DNA of 64,000 bases from Candidatus Latescibacterota bacterium (GCA_965204745.1 OZ242010.1:2752001-2816000), one strand, 5' to 3'; shown: positions 53,925 to 63,999, counted from the stretch's first letter. Program-made: numbers and translations. The notes: generated by a model from the letters alone, not told the origin.

Positions 53925-56447
53925 ATGGTCAAAAAAATTTCCCTCCTCGGCCTTTTGCTCGCCCTGTCGATAGCCGCAGACGCTTATGTGCGTCAAACCC
54001 ATCGCAATGAGCGGGGCAACATTATCTACATTCGCTGGGCCGAGCCGAGGGCCGAGGCCGGGATTCCCTTTGCGGTCGATGCGGGCAGTTTCCCCTTTCC
54101 CAAAGCCGCCGTGGTGCGGATTGCACAAAAAGGGTTTAACGACTGGGCCGCCGTGCCATCGGCATTTATCACCTTTAAGGACGAAACGGAAATTCCCGCG
54201 TCGCCTCCCAACCCGCGCAATGAGATTGTGTACGACGAGACCGGCAACATCATCAACGCGCCCGAGGGCACCGGCGTCATCGCCATAGCGCGCCTTAGCT
54301 GGAACCCCGCCGGGTTGATCGTGGAGGCGGATATTATTTTTAATGGCCGGGATTTTACGTTTTCAATAGACGACAACACCACGCCTGAAAACCGAATCGA
54401 TCTCCAAGGCGTGATGACGCACGAGATCGGGCATCTCTTGGGCTTGGATCACTCGCCGTTGGTCGGCACCCCAAGCACGCGCCCGACCATGTATCCGTAC
54501 AACACGCCCGAAGCACCGCGCCAAGAGCGTTCACTCGAACCCGATGACCACGCGGGGATAACCGCGATCTATCCCGTGGAGGGCCTAACCGGCGGCATAA
54601 GTGGGCAGATCATCGGTCCGAATGGCCCGGCCTTTGGCGTGCATGTGGTGGCGTATCGGGCAGACACACAGACCTTCGTCGCCAGTGCGCTGTCGGGTTC
54701 CGCGGGCACGGGCGAAGATGGACGATACGAAATTCTCGGCCTGCCCCCGGGGGATTATCACATTGCGATTGAACCCCACAACTGGCGGATTTCGCCGGAG
54801 AATTTCGGCGGCATTTTTTCTCAACCATTCGATGGGGATTTTGAAAAAGAGTTCTACGACAATGTGTTTCAGCAGAAAAATGCCCAAATCGTGCGCGTTG
54901 AAATTGATCGGGTTATATCCAATAAAAACTTTGCCCTCGGCCCTTCTGCGCCCGGCGCGCCCTTTATCAAAAAACCCAATTTTCCATTCCACACGCCCGA
55001 CCCCAATGGCCCCTATCGCTTTTCGGCAACCGTGACCGACAACAAGGGCATCGCGGCGGTTGAACTGCACTATCGCATCAACGGGGGGCCGATACGGGTG
55101 GAGCCAATGACCAGTGCGCCCGGCGATTCGGTTTTTGTAGGTGAAATTAGCGGCCAGCGCGCAGGCTCAATCATCCACTATCGCCTGATCGCACGCGATA
55201 GCGATGGCAATGAAACGCCGATGCCCGCGCTGGAACTGTCCATGCTTCAATTCGAGGTGCTCGTCCTCTCCGGCTCGCCCGTGGCCTTTGTCGCATTGCG
55301 GGATGCAAACGCGCTGGCCGTGATCGACATGGGGCCGGGCAAAGAAGTGGCGCGTATCCCCACCGGCATCTCGCCCTTGAGCGTGTTGATGACGCCGGAT
55401 GAACGCTATATTTTTGTCGCCAATAGCGGATCGGAAAGAGGTGCATCTGACAATCGGATCACCGTGATCGAGACCGCCACGCATCGGGTCGCCGCGACCA
55501 TTGAAGTCGCCACCAACCCCTTGGATCTCGCTTTGAGCGCGGACGGGGAGTTGCTCTATGTCACCCATGCAGAGGAGAAGACGGTTTCGATCATCGAGGT
55601 CGCAACCTTGACCGCGCGGCCTTCTCGCATTCGCGTGCCGCCCGCAGTAGTGCGCGGGCCTTATGGCGTGGCGATCAGCCCAGATGGGGCGCGGCTTTAC
55701 GTGACGGATATCGGCAACAATCAGGTCTTGGTCATAGATACCGCACGCAGGACAACGATTGGGCGCGTCAATGTGATTTCCGAACCCCGATCACTGGTTA
55801 TGTCCGCCGATGGCAGGCGGCTGTACGTATCCGGCGGCGGCTTTAGGACTACGAATGGCGGTATTTCGATAGTCGCGACCGATACAGCGCGTGTGCCCTA
55901 CACAGATGCGTCTCGTTTGGTCGAGACGATTTCCACGGGCGAGTCCGGGATATTTCGCCTTGCCCTATCGCCCGATGGCACTCGGCTATACGCAACGGAC
56001 CGCGTGAACGCGCAGTTGCTCGTCATCGATGTGAACGAAAATCGCATCGTCAAGCGTAGGGATGTTTTGCCGGGCGGTGAAGAATCGCGCGATTTGTTCG
56101 TATCCCCCGATGGGTCGCGGGTGTACGTGACCAACCAAGATTCGGATGAACTGGTCGTTTTTGACGCCGAGTCGCTCAATATTCTGAGAACCCTGCGCTT
56201 AAGCGATAGACCTCGCGGCGTGGCCGTGCGCGCCCAACCGGCCGTGTTTCGGCCCAGGCGAGATGTGTCCGCTCGGGCGGATTTCAATAACGATGGTCAG
56301 GTCGGTTTTCCCGATTTTCTCCTGTTCGTCGCTGCATTTGGCACCGAAAACCCCGATCCGCGCTTTGATTTAGACGACGACGGCAAAGTCGGTTTCAGCG
56401 ATTTTTTGGTATTCGCCGGTGTATTCGGCAAAACGGTTGGCGCGTGA
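53925..56447 (+). CDS. Secreted matrixin-like metalloprotease with YVTN beta-propeller and C-terminal EF-hand/dockerin-like pair
   Basis: Signal peptide; HEIGHLLGLDH with Met-turn TMYP; SPDG.RLYVT repeats; DFNNDGQVGFPDFL and DLDDDGKVGFSDFL. Confidence 0.85.
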   Translation: MVKKISLLGLLLALSIAADAYVRQTHRNERGNIIYIRWAEPRAEAGIPFAVDAGSFPFPKAAVVRIAQKGFNDWAAVPSAFITFKDETEIPASPPNPRNEIVYDETGNIINAPEGTGVIAIARLSWNPAGLIVEADIIFNGRDFTFSIDDNTTPENRIDLQGVMTHEIGHLLGLDHSPLVGTPSTRPTMYPYNTPEAPRQERSLEPDDHAGITAIYPVEGLTGGISGQIIGPNGPAFGVHVVAYRADTQTFVASALSGSAGTGEDGRYEILGLPPGDYHIAIEPHNWRISPENFGGIFSQPFDGDFEKEFYDNVFQQKNAQIVRVEIDRVISNKNFALGPSAPGAPFIKKPNFPFHTPDPNGPYRFSATVTDNKGIAAVELHYRINGGPIRVEPMTSAPGDSVFVGEISGQRAGSIIHYRLIARDSDGNETPMPALELSMLQFEVLVLSGSPVAFVALRDANALAVIDMGPGKEVARIPTGISPLSVLMTPDERYIFVANSGSERGASDNRITVIETATHRVAATIEVATNPLDLALSADGELLYVTHAEEKTVSIIEVATLTARPSRIRVPPAVVRGPYGVAISPDGARLYVTDIGNNQVLVIDTARRTTIGRVNVISEPRSLVMSADGRRLYVSGGGFRTTNGGISIVATDTARVPYTDASRLVETISTGESGIFRLALSPDGTRLYATDRVNAQLLVIDVNENRIVKRRDVLPGGEESRDLFVSPDGSRVYVTNQDSDELVVFDAESLNILRTLRLSDRPRGVAVRAQPAVFRPRRDVSARADFNNDGQVGFPDFLLFVAAFGTENPDPRFDLDDDGKVGFSDFLVFAGVFGKTVGA

Positions 56448-56468
56448 TACCCGATCAGGAGGTAATCA

Positions 56469-57140
56469 ATGGCTGATGTAACGGTTCGAGAAAACGAAAG
56501 ATCGCACGTTCATGCCATTGCGCGGTCGTACAAAGAACGAGGCTATGAGGTGTTGGCAGAGCCTCAAGGCCATCAACTGCCCGAGTTCTTAAGGCCATTT
56601 CAGCCGGATTTGATCGCGCACAAAGGCCAGAACCACATTGTTGTCGCCGTAAAATCGCGCGGGCAATTTCCCAAATCCTCTCGCGTCAATGAATTGGCAC
56701 AGGTCGTCCGCAAAAAGGCCGATTGGAAATTTGAGCTCGTCTTGTTGGGGCCGGAAAATTCATTGTCCGTAGGGCGGGCTTTGCCGCTCACGATTGAAGA
56801 AATTCGCTCAAAAATGGCGGACGTGGCTTCATTTGTTGAGCATGGACATTTAGAAGCCGCATTTCTGATTGCATGGTCTTTGGCAGAAGCGATTTTGAGA
56901 ATGCTCGCTGTGAACGAGGGGATAGATGCCGAAAAAGCAATCCCCGCTTATCTGCTCAAACACCTGACTTATGAAGGAATCATTTCACGCGACACGTATC
57001 GCCAACTCGCGCAATTACAACAAACGCGAGACGCGCTTATCCACGGTTTCAAGCCCTTGCAGCTCAACGCAGAAACCGTGCGTGAATTGATCGATTTGAT
57101 CGGTAACGGGCTGTTGCCCGAGTTGGACAACGCGGAGTGA
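56469..57140 (+). CDS. REase-like (AHJR-type) + HEPN fusion protein
   Basis: RBS AGGAGG; YKERGYEV...PDLIAHKG...VVAVKS; AAFLIAW...E; RDALIH (Rx4H). Confidence 0.7.
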   Translation: MADVTVRENERSHVHAIARSYKERGYEVLAEPQGHQLPEFLRPFQPDLIAHKGQNHIVVAVKSRGQFPKSSRVNELAQVVRKKADWKFELVLLGPENSLSVGRALPLTIEEIRSKMADVASFVEHGHLEAAFLIAWSLAEAILRMLAVNEGIDAEKAIPAYLLKHLTYEGIISRDTYRQLAQLQQTRDALIHGFKPLQLNAETVRELIDLIGNGLLPELDNAE

Positions 57141-57192
57141 CGGCATTTCTCAACCGGTTGCGCGATAGCGAAGCGAGGGGCAAACCGCGTCC

Positions 57193-58062
57193 ATGAGGTA
57201 TCCGATGGCACTTAGGGAACTTGTCGCATACAGCCGGATGATTAAGTTCGGCCACAGCATTTTTGCCTTGCCATTTGCATTTTCAGGCGCGGCATTGGCG
57301 GCTGTTGAATATGGGATTTCGCTCGGGCAAGTGTTTTGGATTGCGGTGGCGATGGTGGGGGCGAGAAGCGCGGCAATGGGATTTAATCGGCTCGTGGATA
57401 GAAAGATGGATGCGGCCAACCCGCGCACGGCCCAACGCGAATTGCCACGAGGGGTCATCTCCGCGGGCGCCGTGAAAGTGTTTGTGGTCGTCTTCTCTGC
57501 GGTGTTCGTTTTCGCCGCGTCCAAGTTAAATCCACTCTGCACAATGCTGTCGCCCGTGGCACTCGGCATTGTGTTTTTTTATTCGTACACCAAGCGATTC
57601 ACCTGGGCGACGCAACTCTTTCTCGGCTTGGCATTGGCCCTCGCGCCGGTGGGGGCGTGGATTGCGGTCGCGGGATATCTGGATCTGAAAATTTTGCTCT
57701 TGGGGGGCGCGGTGGCGATGTGGGTCGCGGGCTTTGACGCGATTTACGCCTGCCAAGATGCCGAGTTTGACCGACGCTTTGGCGCGTATTCGATTCCGCA
57801 AAAATACGGCGTCGCGTCCGCATTGCGGATTGCGCGGGTCTTTCACCTGCTCGCCTTTGGCCTGATGATGGGCGTGGGGTGGGCATTCGCGCTGGGCGCG
57901 ATCTACGCGGTCGGGGTCATGGCCGTGGGCGGGTTGCTGATTTACGAACACTACTTGGTGCGGCACGAGGAGTTGTCAAAAGCGGGCATGGCGTCGTTGA
58001 CGATGAACGGCGTGGTCAGCGTGGTGTATTTTGCGGGCACGATGGCGGATTTGTTGATTTAA
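57193..58062 (+). CDS. UbiA-family polyprenyltransferase (MqnP-like)
   Basis: IKFGHSIFALPF, ARSAAMGFNRLVDRKMDAANPRT, YSYTKRF, GFDAIYACQD. Confidence 0.85.
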   Translation: MRYPMALRELVAYSRMIKFGHSIFALPFAFSGAALAAVEYGISLGQVFWIAVAMVGARSAAMGFNRLVDRKMDAANPRTAQRELPRGVISAGAVKVFVVVFSAVFVFAASKLNPLCTMLSPVALGIVFFYSYTKRFTWATQLFLGLALALAPVGAWIAVAGYLDLKILLLGGAVAMWVAGFDAIYACQDAEFDRRFGAYSIPQKYGVASALRIARVFHLLAFGLMMGVGWAFALGAIYAVGVMAVGGLLIYEHYLVRHEELSKAGMASLTMNGVVSVVYFAGTMADLLI

Positions 58063-58086
58063 TCCCCGAGATAGAGGGGGCTTGCG

Positions 58087-58686
58087 ATGAAACGAATGAC
58101 CGTTGCGATTACAGGGGCGAGTGGGGCGATTTACGCGCTGCGAACTGTGCGCGCCTTGCTGATGTGCGAGGCCCGCGTGGATGTGGTCATCTCCGAATTT
58201 GGTTGGATGCTGTTGCGCGACGAAGGGGGCTTTGCCGGCAAACAGCGCGATTTTGCCGGGTTCATCCGCGCCCTGTACGGGGTTCCAACAGACCATCTCG
58301 CCCTGCATCCATTGAAAGACCTCGCGGCCACGCTGGCGAGCGGATCCGCACCCTCGGATGGCATGGTGGTCGTACCGTGTTCGATGAAAACACTGGCCGG
58401 CATCGCCCACGGCTTGTCGCGCAATTTGATCGAGCGCGCCGCAGACGTGGCCCTAAAAGAACGCCGCCCACTCGTCATCGTGCCGCGCGAAACCCCCATG
58501 AATTTGATTCAACTCCGCAATTTGGTAACGGCGACCGAAGCCGGTGCCATCATCGTCCCCGCAATGCCCGCGTTTTATCAAAAACCCAAAACATTCGACG
58601 ATCTGGCCGATTTCATCGTCGGGCGCATCTTGAGCTCGCTGGGCCTCGACCACAACTTGTATCCCGCGTGGGAAGGCAGGGCGTAA
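58087..58686 (+). CDS. ubiX: Flavin prenyltransferase UbiX
   Basis: AITGASGAIY, ASGS, PCSMKTLAGIAHG, RAADVALKERR, PRETP, PAMPAFY. Confidence 0.92.
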   Translation: MKRMTVAITGASGAIYALRTVRALLMCEARVDVVISEFGWMLLRDEGGFAGKQRDFAGFIRALYGVPTDHLALHPLKDLAATLASGSAPSDGMVVVPCSMKTLAGIAHGLSRNLIERAADVALKERRPLVIVPRETPMNLIQLRNLVTATEAGAIIVPAMPAFYQKPKTFDDLADFIVGRILSSLGLDHNLYPAWEGRA

Positions 58687-58835
58687 CCACAGATGAACGC
58701 GGATAGGCGATGGCCCGAGGCCATAATGAAAATCAGATGTTTGTTTTACGCATCCCAAGGTGGCGGCAAAATTGCAAGCGAACCCGCCGGATGTGTTGAT
58801 CGTTGCGTACCCGAGATATGAACAGGAGGGATGAG

Positions 58836-59876
58836 ATGAAAACGTATCACGCGGTGATTGTGGGATTGACCGGCATTGGGGCCAGTCGGCCCCGTGAACC
58901 CGAGGGGCCGGTGTTTGGCGCGATGCCGGCATCGCACGCAGCAGCGTATCGCGAGCACCCACAGACGGAAGTGGTGGGCGTGTGCGATTTGCGCGCCGAG
59001 GCGTTGGAGGCGTTTTGCAAGCAGTGGCGCGACGTGTGGCCGCAGGTGAATGCGTACACGGATTACCGGGAAATGTTGGACAAAGAGCAACCGGATTTGG
59101 TCAGCGTGGTGACGTCTGACCACGCGCACGCCGATATAACGGTGGCCGCCGCCGAGGGGAGCGCGCAGGCGATTTTGTGCGAAAAGCCCATTGCCACGAC
59201 CTTGCAGGACGCGGACCGCATGATCGAAGCCGCAGACGCAAACAACACCTTGTTGTCTATCGAACACACGCGCCGCTGGTACCCGAGTTATCTGCAAGCG
59301 CGGGAGATGATTCGCGCTGGCGAGTTGGGCGCGTTGCGAACTGTTGTTTGCGAGCAATTTGGCCCGCGTGCGATGATGTTCCGCAATGGCACGCACATGA
59401 TCGACATGATGTGCTTTTTCGCAGAGGCGCGGCCCGCGTGGGTGGTGGGCGATTTGGAGCCCGGGTTCGTGCATTTCACTGAGTACATGGGCGATGGCGG
59501 GCACGACCCGGCAACCGATCCGTTTGCGTCTGCGTATATCCATTTTGACAATGGGGTGCGCGCATTTTACAACTGCCGCAAAATGGCGTTTAATGGGTCG
59601 CGATTTTCCCTGACGTGCGAAAATGGGCGGATCGAGATTTCGGATCAAAAATTTGAAGTGATTACACAGCGGGAAGCGCGCTGGTGGTCTTCTGCCGAGG
59701 TGCCCACGGATCCGTATATGGCGATCCGACAAAGCGGCGCGGTTACAGAACTGATCCACATTTTGGAACATGGCGGCGCGCTCGTGTCCCCCGGGCGCGA
59801 GGCGAGAAAGACCCTGCAAATTATGCTGGGCATCTTGGACTCGCACCACGCAGGCAATGTGCGCGTCGATCTGTAG
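58836..59876 (+). CDS. Gfo/Idh/MocA family oxidoreductase
   Basis: YTDYREML, PDLVSVVT, ILCEKP, GTHMID. Confidence 0.85.
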   Translation: MKTYHAVIVGLTGIGASRPREPEGPVFGAMPASHAAAYREHPQTEVVGVCDLRAEALEAFCKQWRDVWPQVNAYTDYREMLDKEQPDLVSVVTSDHAHADITVAAAEGSAQAILCEKPIATTLQDADRMIEAADANNTLLSIEHTRRWYPSYLQAREMIRAGELGALRTVVCEQFGPRAMMFRNGTHMIDMMCFFAEARPAWVVGDLEPGFVHFTEYMGDGGHDPATDPFASAYIHFDNGVRAFYNCRKMAFNGSRFSLTCENGRIEISDQKFEVITQREARWWSSAEVPTDPYMAIRQSGAVTELIHILEHGGALVSPGREARKTLQIMLGILDSHHAGNVRVDL

Positions 59877-59926
59877 ATGGTCTAACCGTTTGTTTTGCTG
59901 ACCGCTGATTTTATGGTTGGGTGCAA

Positions 59927-59951
59927 GGACAAGCACAGGGCCTGTCCCTAC
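59927..59951 (-). repeat. GTAG REP-like hairpin
   Basis: Minus strand gtagggacaggccctgtgcttgtcc; partial copy at 20632. Confidence 0.65.
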
Positions 59952-60083
59952 GATTGATGGAGCTGTGGGCCGAGGTTGCTGATGGGCATGTCGCGGTCAG
60001 AGAGGGCTTATCCCTTGGCCACTTGAACGGGATAGCATAGCTGCCTTCTCACCTCTCCCGTCTCACCTCTCCCGTCTTCCGTC

Positions 60084-61337
60084 TTACGACCGCCACAACC
60101 TCGGCACCGCAACCGGTTTTTCCGTGACCGGCCAGTATGCCGGGGGCGCGTCTTTCCAGTGGGGCACAGTGCGCGCATCTCGGTCGAAGATGATCTCGCC
60201 CTTGCGGATCGTCAGCCGGCAGACCAAACGCTCGTCCGCGTCCAGGCGCGCATAGCCGCAATCCTCAAACGCGCACTTGCCCATTTCCAGGGACAGCGCG
60301 GCGACATCGGCCTCTGCGCCGATAGATAGGGTGCCCAAGTCCACGCGGTTAATCGCCTGCGCGGGCGTCGCGGTCGATCTGTAAATCACCTCTTCGAGCG
60401 GCATGCCCATCGCCAAGCATTTCGACATCGTATCTTGCATGCTGAACACCGGGCCTGCGATATTGCCCATGTGCAGGTCCGTGCTGATGGAATCCGGCGC
60501 GAACCCATTGGCGATGGCCCGCGCGCCGTTGCGAAACCAAAAACTCCCGGCGCCGTGCCCGAGGTCAAACCAGATGCCGCGTTCTCTGGCCTTAAACATG
60601 TGCGGCTCGACTTGCCCGTCGCCATCCACCACCGGAAATTGCCGCGCGTACACATGGGTGTGAATATCGCCCGGGCGGAGTTTTTTTAGAATGAGCGTGG
60701 GGTACGGGCGTTCGGGTGGGCGCGGCCAAAAATCAACCATGACGGGCATGTTGCATGCGTCTCCTGCTTCAACGGCTTTTTCCACGGATTCCCACGCCGG
60801 GTGCATCGCGTCAAACGGCGCGCTCGTCCAATAATGCGCGGTCTTGATGCCCACCACCACGTCCTCGTGGTCGCGTGCCGCCCGCGCCGCACTTGCCACG
60901 TCAAAGGTTCGGATATCCTGCTCTGGCGCGCCCATCCCCGGCGCGGCGATATTGATGTATGCCAACACCCGGGTTTTTGCCCGCGCCATCACGGTTTGGC
61001 GAAAATGGTCAATTTCCTCGCAGCCGGCCGTGCCCGTATCCACGCACGTCGTCACGCCAGACAATGGAAAATGGGCGTCCGGATTCAGGCTCGCATCAAA
61101 AAGCCCCTCGCCGAGTGCGCGGGTAAAATAAGCGTGGACGTGGATATCAATCAACCCGGGCGTCACGATCAACCCGGACACATCCACGACGTGGGCGGCG
61201 TTTTCCACGGGGATATTCGCTTCCACCGCTGCAATTTTCCCATCCGCAATGCCCACCTCGCGCAATCCATCCACCCCATTGACCGGATCGATCACCCGCC
61301 CGCCTTTCAGCAACAAGTCAAACTGTGCATCAGCCAT
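60084..61337 (-). CDS. Amidohydrolase/deacetylase family metallohydrolase (dihydroorotase-like)
   Basis: PGLIDIHVH, GVTTCVDTG, PGDIHTH, FDLGHG.GSF, ISTDLH. Confidence 0.88.
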   Translation of the reverse strand: MADAQFDLLLKGGRVIDPVNGVDGLREVGIADGKIAAVEANIPVENAAHVVDVSGLIVTPGLIDIHVHAYFTRALGEGLFDASLNPDAHFPLSGVTTCVDTGTAGCEEIDHFRQTVMARAKTRVLAYINIAAPGMGAPEQDIRTFDVASAARAARDHEDVVVGIKTAHYWTSAPFDAMHPAWESVEKAVEAGDACNMPVMVDFWPRPPERPYPTLILKKLRPGDIHTHVYARQFPVVDGDGQVEPHMFKARERGIWFDLGHGAGSFWFRNGARAIANGFAPDSISTDLHMGNIAGPVFSMQDTMSKCLAMGMPLEEVIYRSTATPAQAINRVDLGTLSIGAEADVAALSLEMGKCAFEDCGYARLDADERLVCRLTIRKGEIIFDRDARTVPHWKDAPPAYWPVTEKPVAVPRLWRS

Positions 61338-61551
61338 CGTTCACCTCCAAGTTCAAATAATCCGTGCGATCCCCGCCGCCCTGTGCCCCCAACCCGTGCG
61401 ATCCCTACCGCCTCTCAACCCCGCCGGGTGCGTGAGTGCGGTAGAAACAGGCCATTCCACCGCCATTTCCGTCGCACCTTGGGGTAGCGATGGAGGGGTC
61501 ACAGCGGGACGCTTGCATAGCATAGCATCACACTCGTAGATTAACCAACCT

Positions 61552-62328
61552 CTAATCCAATGCGACGACGTGCCGGCACAGGGTTTTGCCGCGTTCTGAG
61601 AGGGTGTTGTAAAGGGCGCGGGGTATCTCGCCATCTCGTTGGGGCCGGCGAAACCACGGGGCGTAGTACCCCACGCTGGTCATAATGCGGATGTCCCGAG
61701 ACGTGTTGACCGTGCCCCCGTGCCAACAACGCACGTCTCGAATGATGGCCGAATGGGTCCGCACGCAAGCGATAGCGCGTTTCATCCAATCGGGTTCTTC
61801 GTCCAAACTGGGAATGGGATGGCGCGAGCGGTGGGTGCCGCGGATGAAGCGAGTCGCGCCGTTTTCCGCGCTAAAGTCGATCATGGGAAAATTGACCACG
61901 ACAAAAGGCGTTGGCACATCCATGATGGTAACGCGCCCCTCAGGGTCGTTGATCACGTCTGACAGGTCGCGGTGGAGCCGCTGGATTTTCGCGCCGGGTA
62001 GGGAATAATCGCCGCCCGCGCCACTGCATGCGAACAGGGAGCTGTCGAAAATCGCCTCCATAATCGGGAGAATGGTGGGCAGATCGACGAGCATGGCCCA
62101 TTCGGGATGGTGAATCTGCGATCCGAAAGAATAACGCGCAAAGCCCCGGTTGGCCTTTTCCAATGGAATGGCAACGGTTTGCTGTGCGACAACGCGATGC
62201 GCGCCCGCTTTGAGATAGGCGAACTGGGCATCGGTCAGCGCGTTGGCAACGACGACAAAGCCATCGCGGTGAAACAGCGCGGCTGCGCGGTCCGGTTGCG
62301 AGGGGGCAACGAGATCGAGGTCGAGCAT
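61552..62328 (-). CDS. Phytanoyl-CoA dioxygenase (PhyH) family protein
   Basis: FHRDGFVV, QRLHRD, ENGATRFIRGTH, WHGG. Confidence 0.8.
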   Translation of the reverse strand: MLDLDLVAPSQPDRAAALFHRDGFVVVANALTDAQFAYLKAGAHRVVAQQTVAIPLEKANRGFARYSFGSQIHHPEWAMLVDLPTILPIMEAIFDSSLFACSGAGGDYSLPGAKIQRLHRDLSDVINDPEGRVTIMDVPTPFVVVNFPMIDFSAENGATRFIRGTHRSRHPIPSLDEEPDWMKRAIACVRTHSAIIRDVRCWHGGTVNTSRDIRIMTSVGYYAPWFRRPQRDGEIPRALYNTLSERGKTLCRHVVALD

Positions 62329-62689
62329 GGGAACTCCTATGCGAATGGACGAATCAGCGAAGCGGGGTACAACTGCGATAGCCGTTCATCTATGAAGAGC
62401 GTCGGGTTTTGCGCCGATAGGCAGGGACCGACCACTGGGGCGGCGGCAGGATTGCCTCCCCTCCCGTCTTACATCTCCCGTCTTACATCTTACGTCTCAC
62501 GTCTTGCCTCTCACTGGTGGATGGGCGAGGGCGGGGGCCACATCCCTACATTCTCACATTTTGATTTTGCGCCGGATATCGCGGATGGTTTCCATCACGG
62601 GCTAAGGGTGTGCCTTACAGTTTCCGTGACGGATGCATCGGATTGCGACACGGAGATTTGATGCCGAAAAACGATTACGCGCAGAAAAC

Positions 62690-62730
62690 AAAAGCCCGGG
62701 TTCTCAGTGAACTCGGGCTTTTATTTTTTT
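62690..62730. terminator. Bidirectional intrinsic terminator-like hairpin
   Basis: aaaagcccgggttc-tcagt-gaactcgggctttt followed by a T-run on the plus strand and a T-rich tract on the minus strand; lies downstream of gatB. Confidence 0.65.
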
Positions 62731-62745
62731 GGCACGCGGTTTGCA
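62730..62745 (+). promoter_or_regulatory. Sigma54 (-24/-12) promoter
   Basis: TGGCACGCGGTTTGCA has GG-N10-GC spacing and matches the TGGCAC-N5-TTGC consensus. Confidence 0.6.
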
Positions 62746-62934
62746 ATTTGAATCGAGTCCAGCATTTAAGGAGCCATCGCCGAGCCGAACAGGGGGTCGT
62801 TCATCATCGGTGCTCCTCCGCTTGCCGCCATAACAGCATGATGTACGAGCCTGAGTTATGCGAACATCAGACGACCTTTTGGTTGGGGAATGGAACGGCC
62901 TAAACTTTTTTGTAATTATGGGTCATTGCGTTCA

Positions 62935-63999
62935 TTATCCCAATTTCTCCATCAACAGTTGACTCGCTTTCCGGGGGTTGGCTTGCCCGCGGGTGGCTTT
63001 CATGAGTTGGCCCATGAAGAAGCCCATGAGGCGTTTGTCGCCATCTTGGAAGCGTGCGACTTCAGCGGGGTTGTCGGCGATGATCTGGTCGATGACGCCG
63101 TGCAGTTCATCGGCATCGCTGATCTGTACGAGACCCTTTTGCGCGACGATGGAGGCTGGGTCGTCGCCGGTTTTGACCATGTCGTCGAACACGGTTCGAC
63201 CGATGGTGGTGCTGATATCGCCCTTGTCGATCAGCGCGATCAACTCGGCGAGGTGTTGGGGTGAAAGGCGCAAGTCCGCAATGGCGATTTTGCGGTCATT
63301 GAGCACGCGCAAGATGTCGCCTTGGATCCAGTTGGCCGCTTGCCTGCTCCCTGCGCCTGCTGCAACTGTGGCTTCAAAATAATCGGCGATGTCTCGGTCT
63401 GCGGTGAGCACCTCGATCTGATCCGCGGCCATGTCATAAGAGGTGGCAAAGCGCGTGCGTTTGGCGTTTGGCAACTCCGGGATCTGGCTTTGAACGTGTT
63501 CGACCCACGCCTCATCTACGACGACCGGGACGAGGTCCGGATCGGGAAAATAGCGGTAGTCGTCCGATTCCTCTTTGGTCCGCATGGCGCGCAACACATT
63601 GCGGTCCGGATCGTAGAGCATGGTCGCCTGGTCGATCTCGCCGCCGGTTTCGCGCAGGTCGATTTGCCGCTGGATTTCGGATGCGATAGCGCGCTGGCAG
63701 TTGCGAAACGAGTTGACGTTTTTGATCTCGACCTTGGTGCCGAGCCTCGATGCGCCAACGGGCCGAATCGACACATTGGCGTCGATTCGCATGTGGCCCT
63801 TTTCCATATCGCCCTCGGACACGGCCGTGTACACGAGCAGTTGGTGCAGGCCGGTGAGATAGTGAAACGCTTCTTCGGGGGTGGAGAGTTCGGGTTCGCT
63901 CACGATCTCGATGAGGGGCACGCCACAGCGGTTGACGTCGACCATGGACTCGCCCGGTGCGTGGATGCTCTTACCCGCGTCTTCTTCTAGGTGGATGCG
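62935..63999 (-). CDS. gatB: Asp/Glu-tRNA amidotransferase subunit B (5' partial)
   Basis: RIHLEEDAGKS, D.NR.GVPLIEIVSEP, RIDANVS, VEIKN.NSF, MRTKE...DYRYFPDPDL, GQLMKATRGQANP. Confidence 0.96.
   Translation of the reverse strand, partial: RIHLEEDAGKSIHAPGESMVDVNRCGVPLIEIVSEPELSTPEEAFHYLTGLHQLLVYTAVSEGDMEKGHMRIDANVSIRPVGASRLGTKVEIKNVNSFRNCQRAIASEIQRQIDLRETGGEIDQATMLYDPDRNVLRAMRTKEESDDYRYFPDPDLVPVVVDEAWVEHVQSQIPELPNAKRTRFATSYDMAADQIEVLTADRDIADYFEATVAAGAGSRQAANWIQGDILRVLNDRKIAIADLRLSPQHLAELIALIDKGDISTTIGRTVFDDMVKTGDDPASIVAQKGLVQISDADELHGVIDQIIADNPAEVARFQDGDKRLMGFFMGQLMKATRGQANPRKASQLLMEKLG

Noticed and set aside
61340-61550. Short duplicated ccgtgcgatccc motif and hairpin as an ncRNA
   Set aside because: Too short and weak to distinguish from the general intergenic repeat debris.
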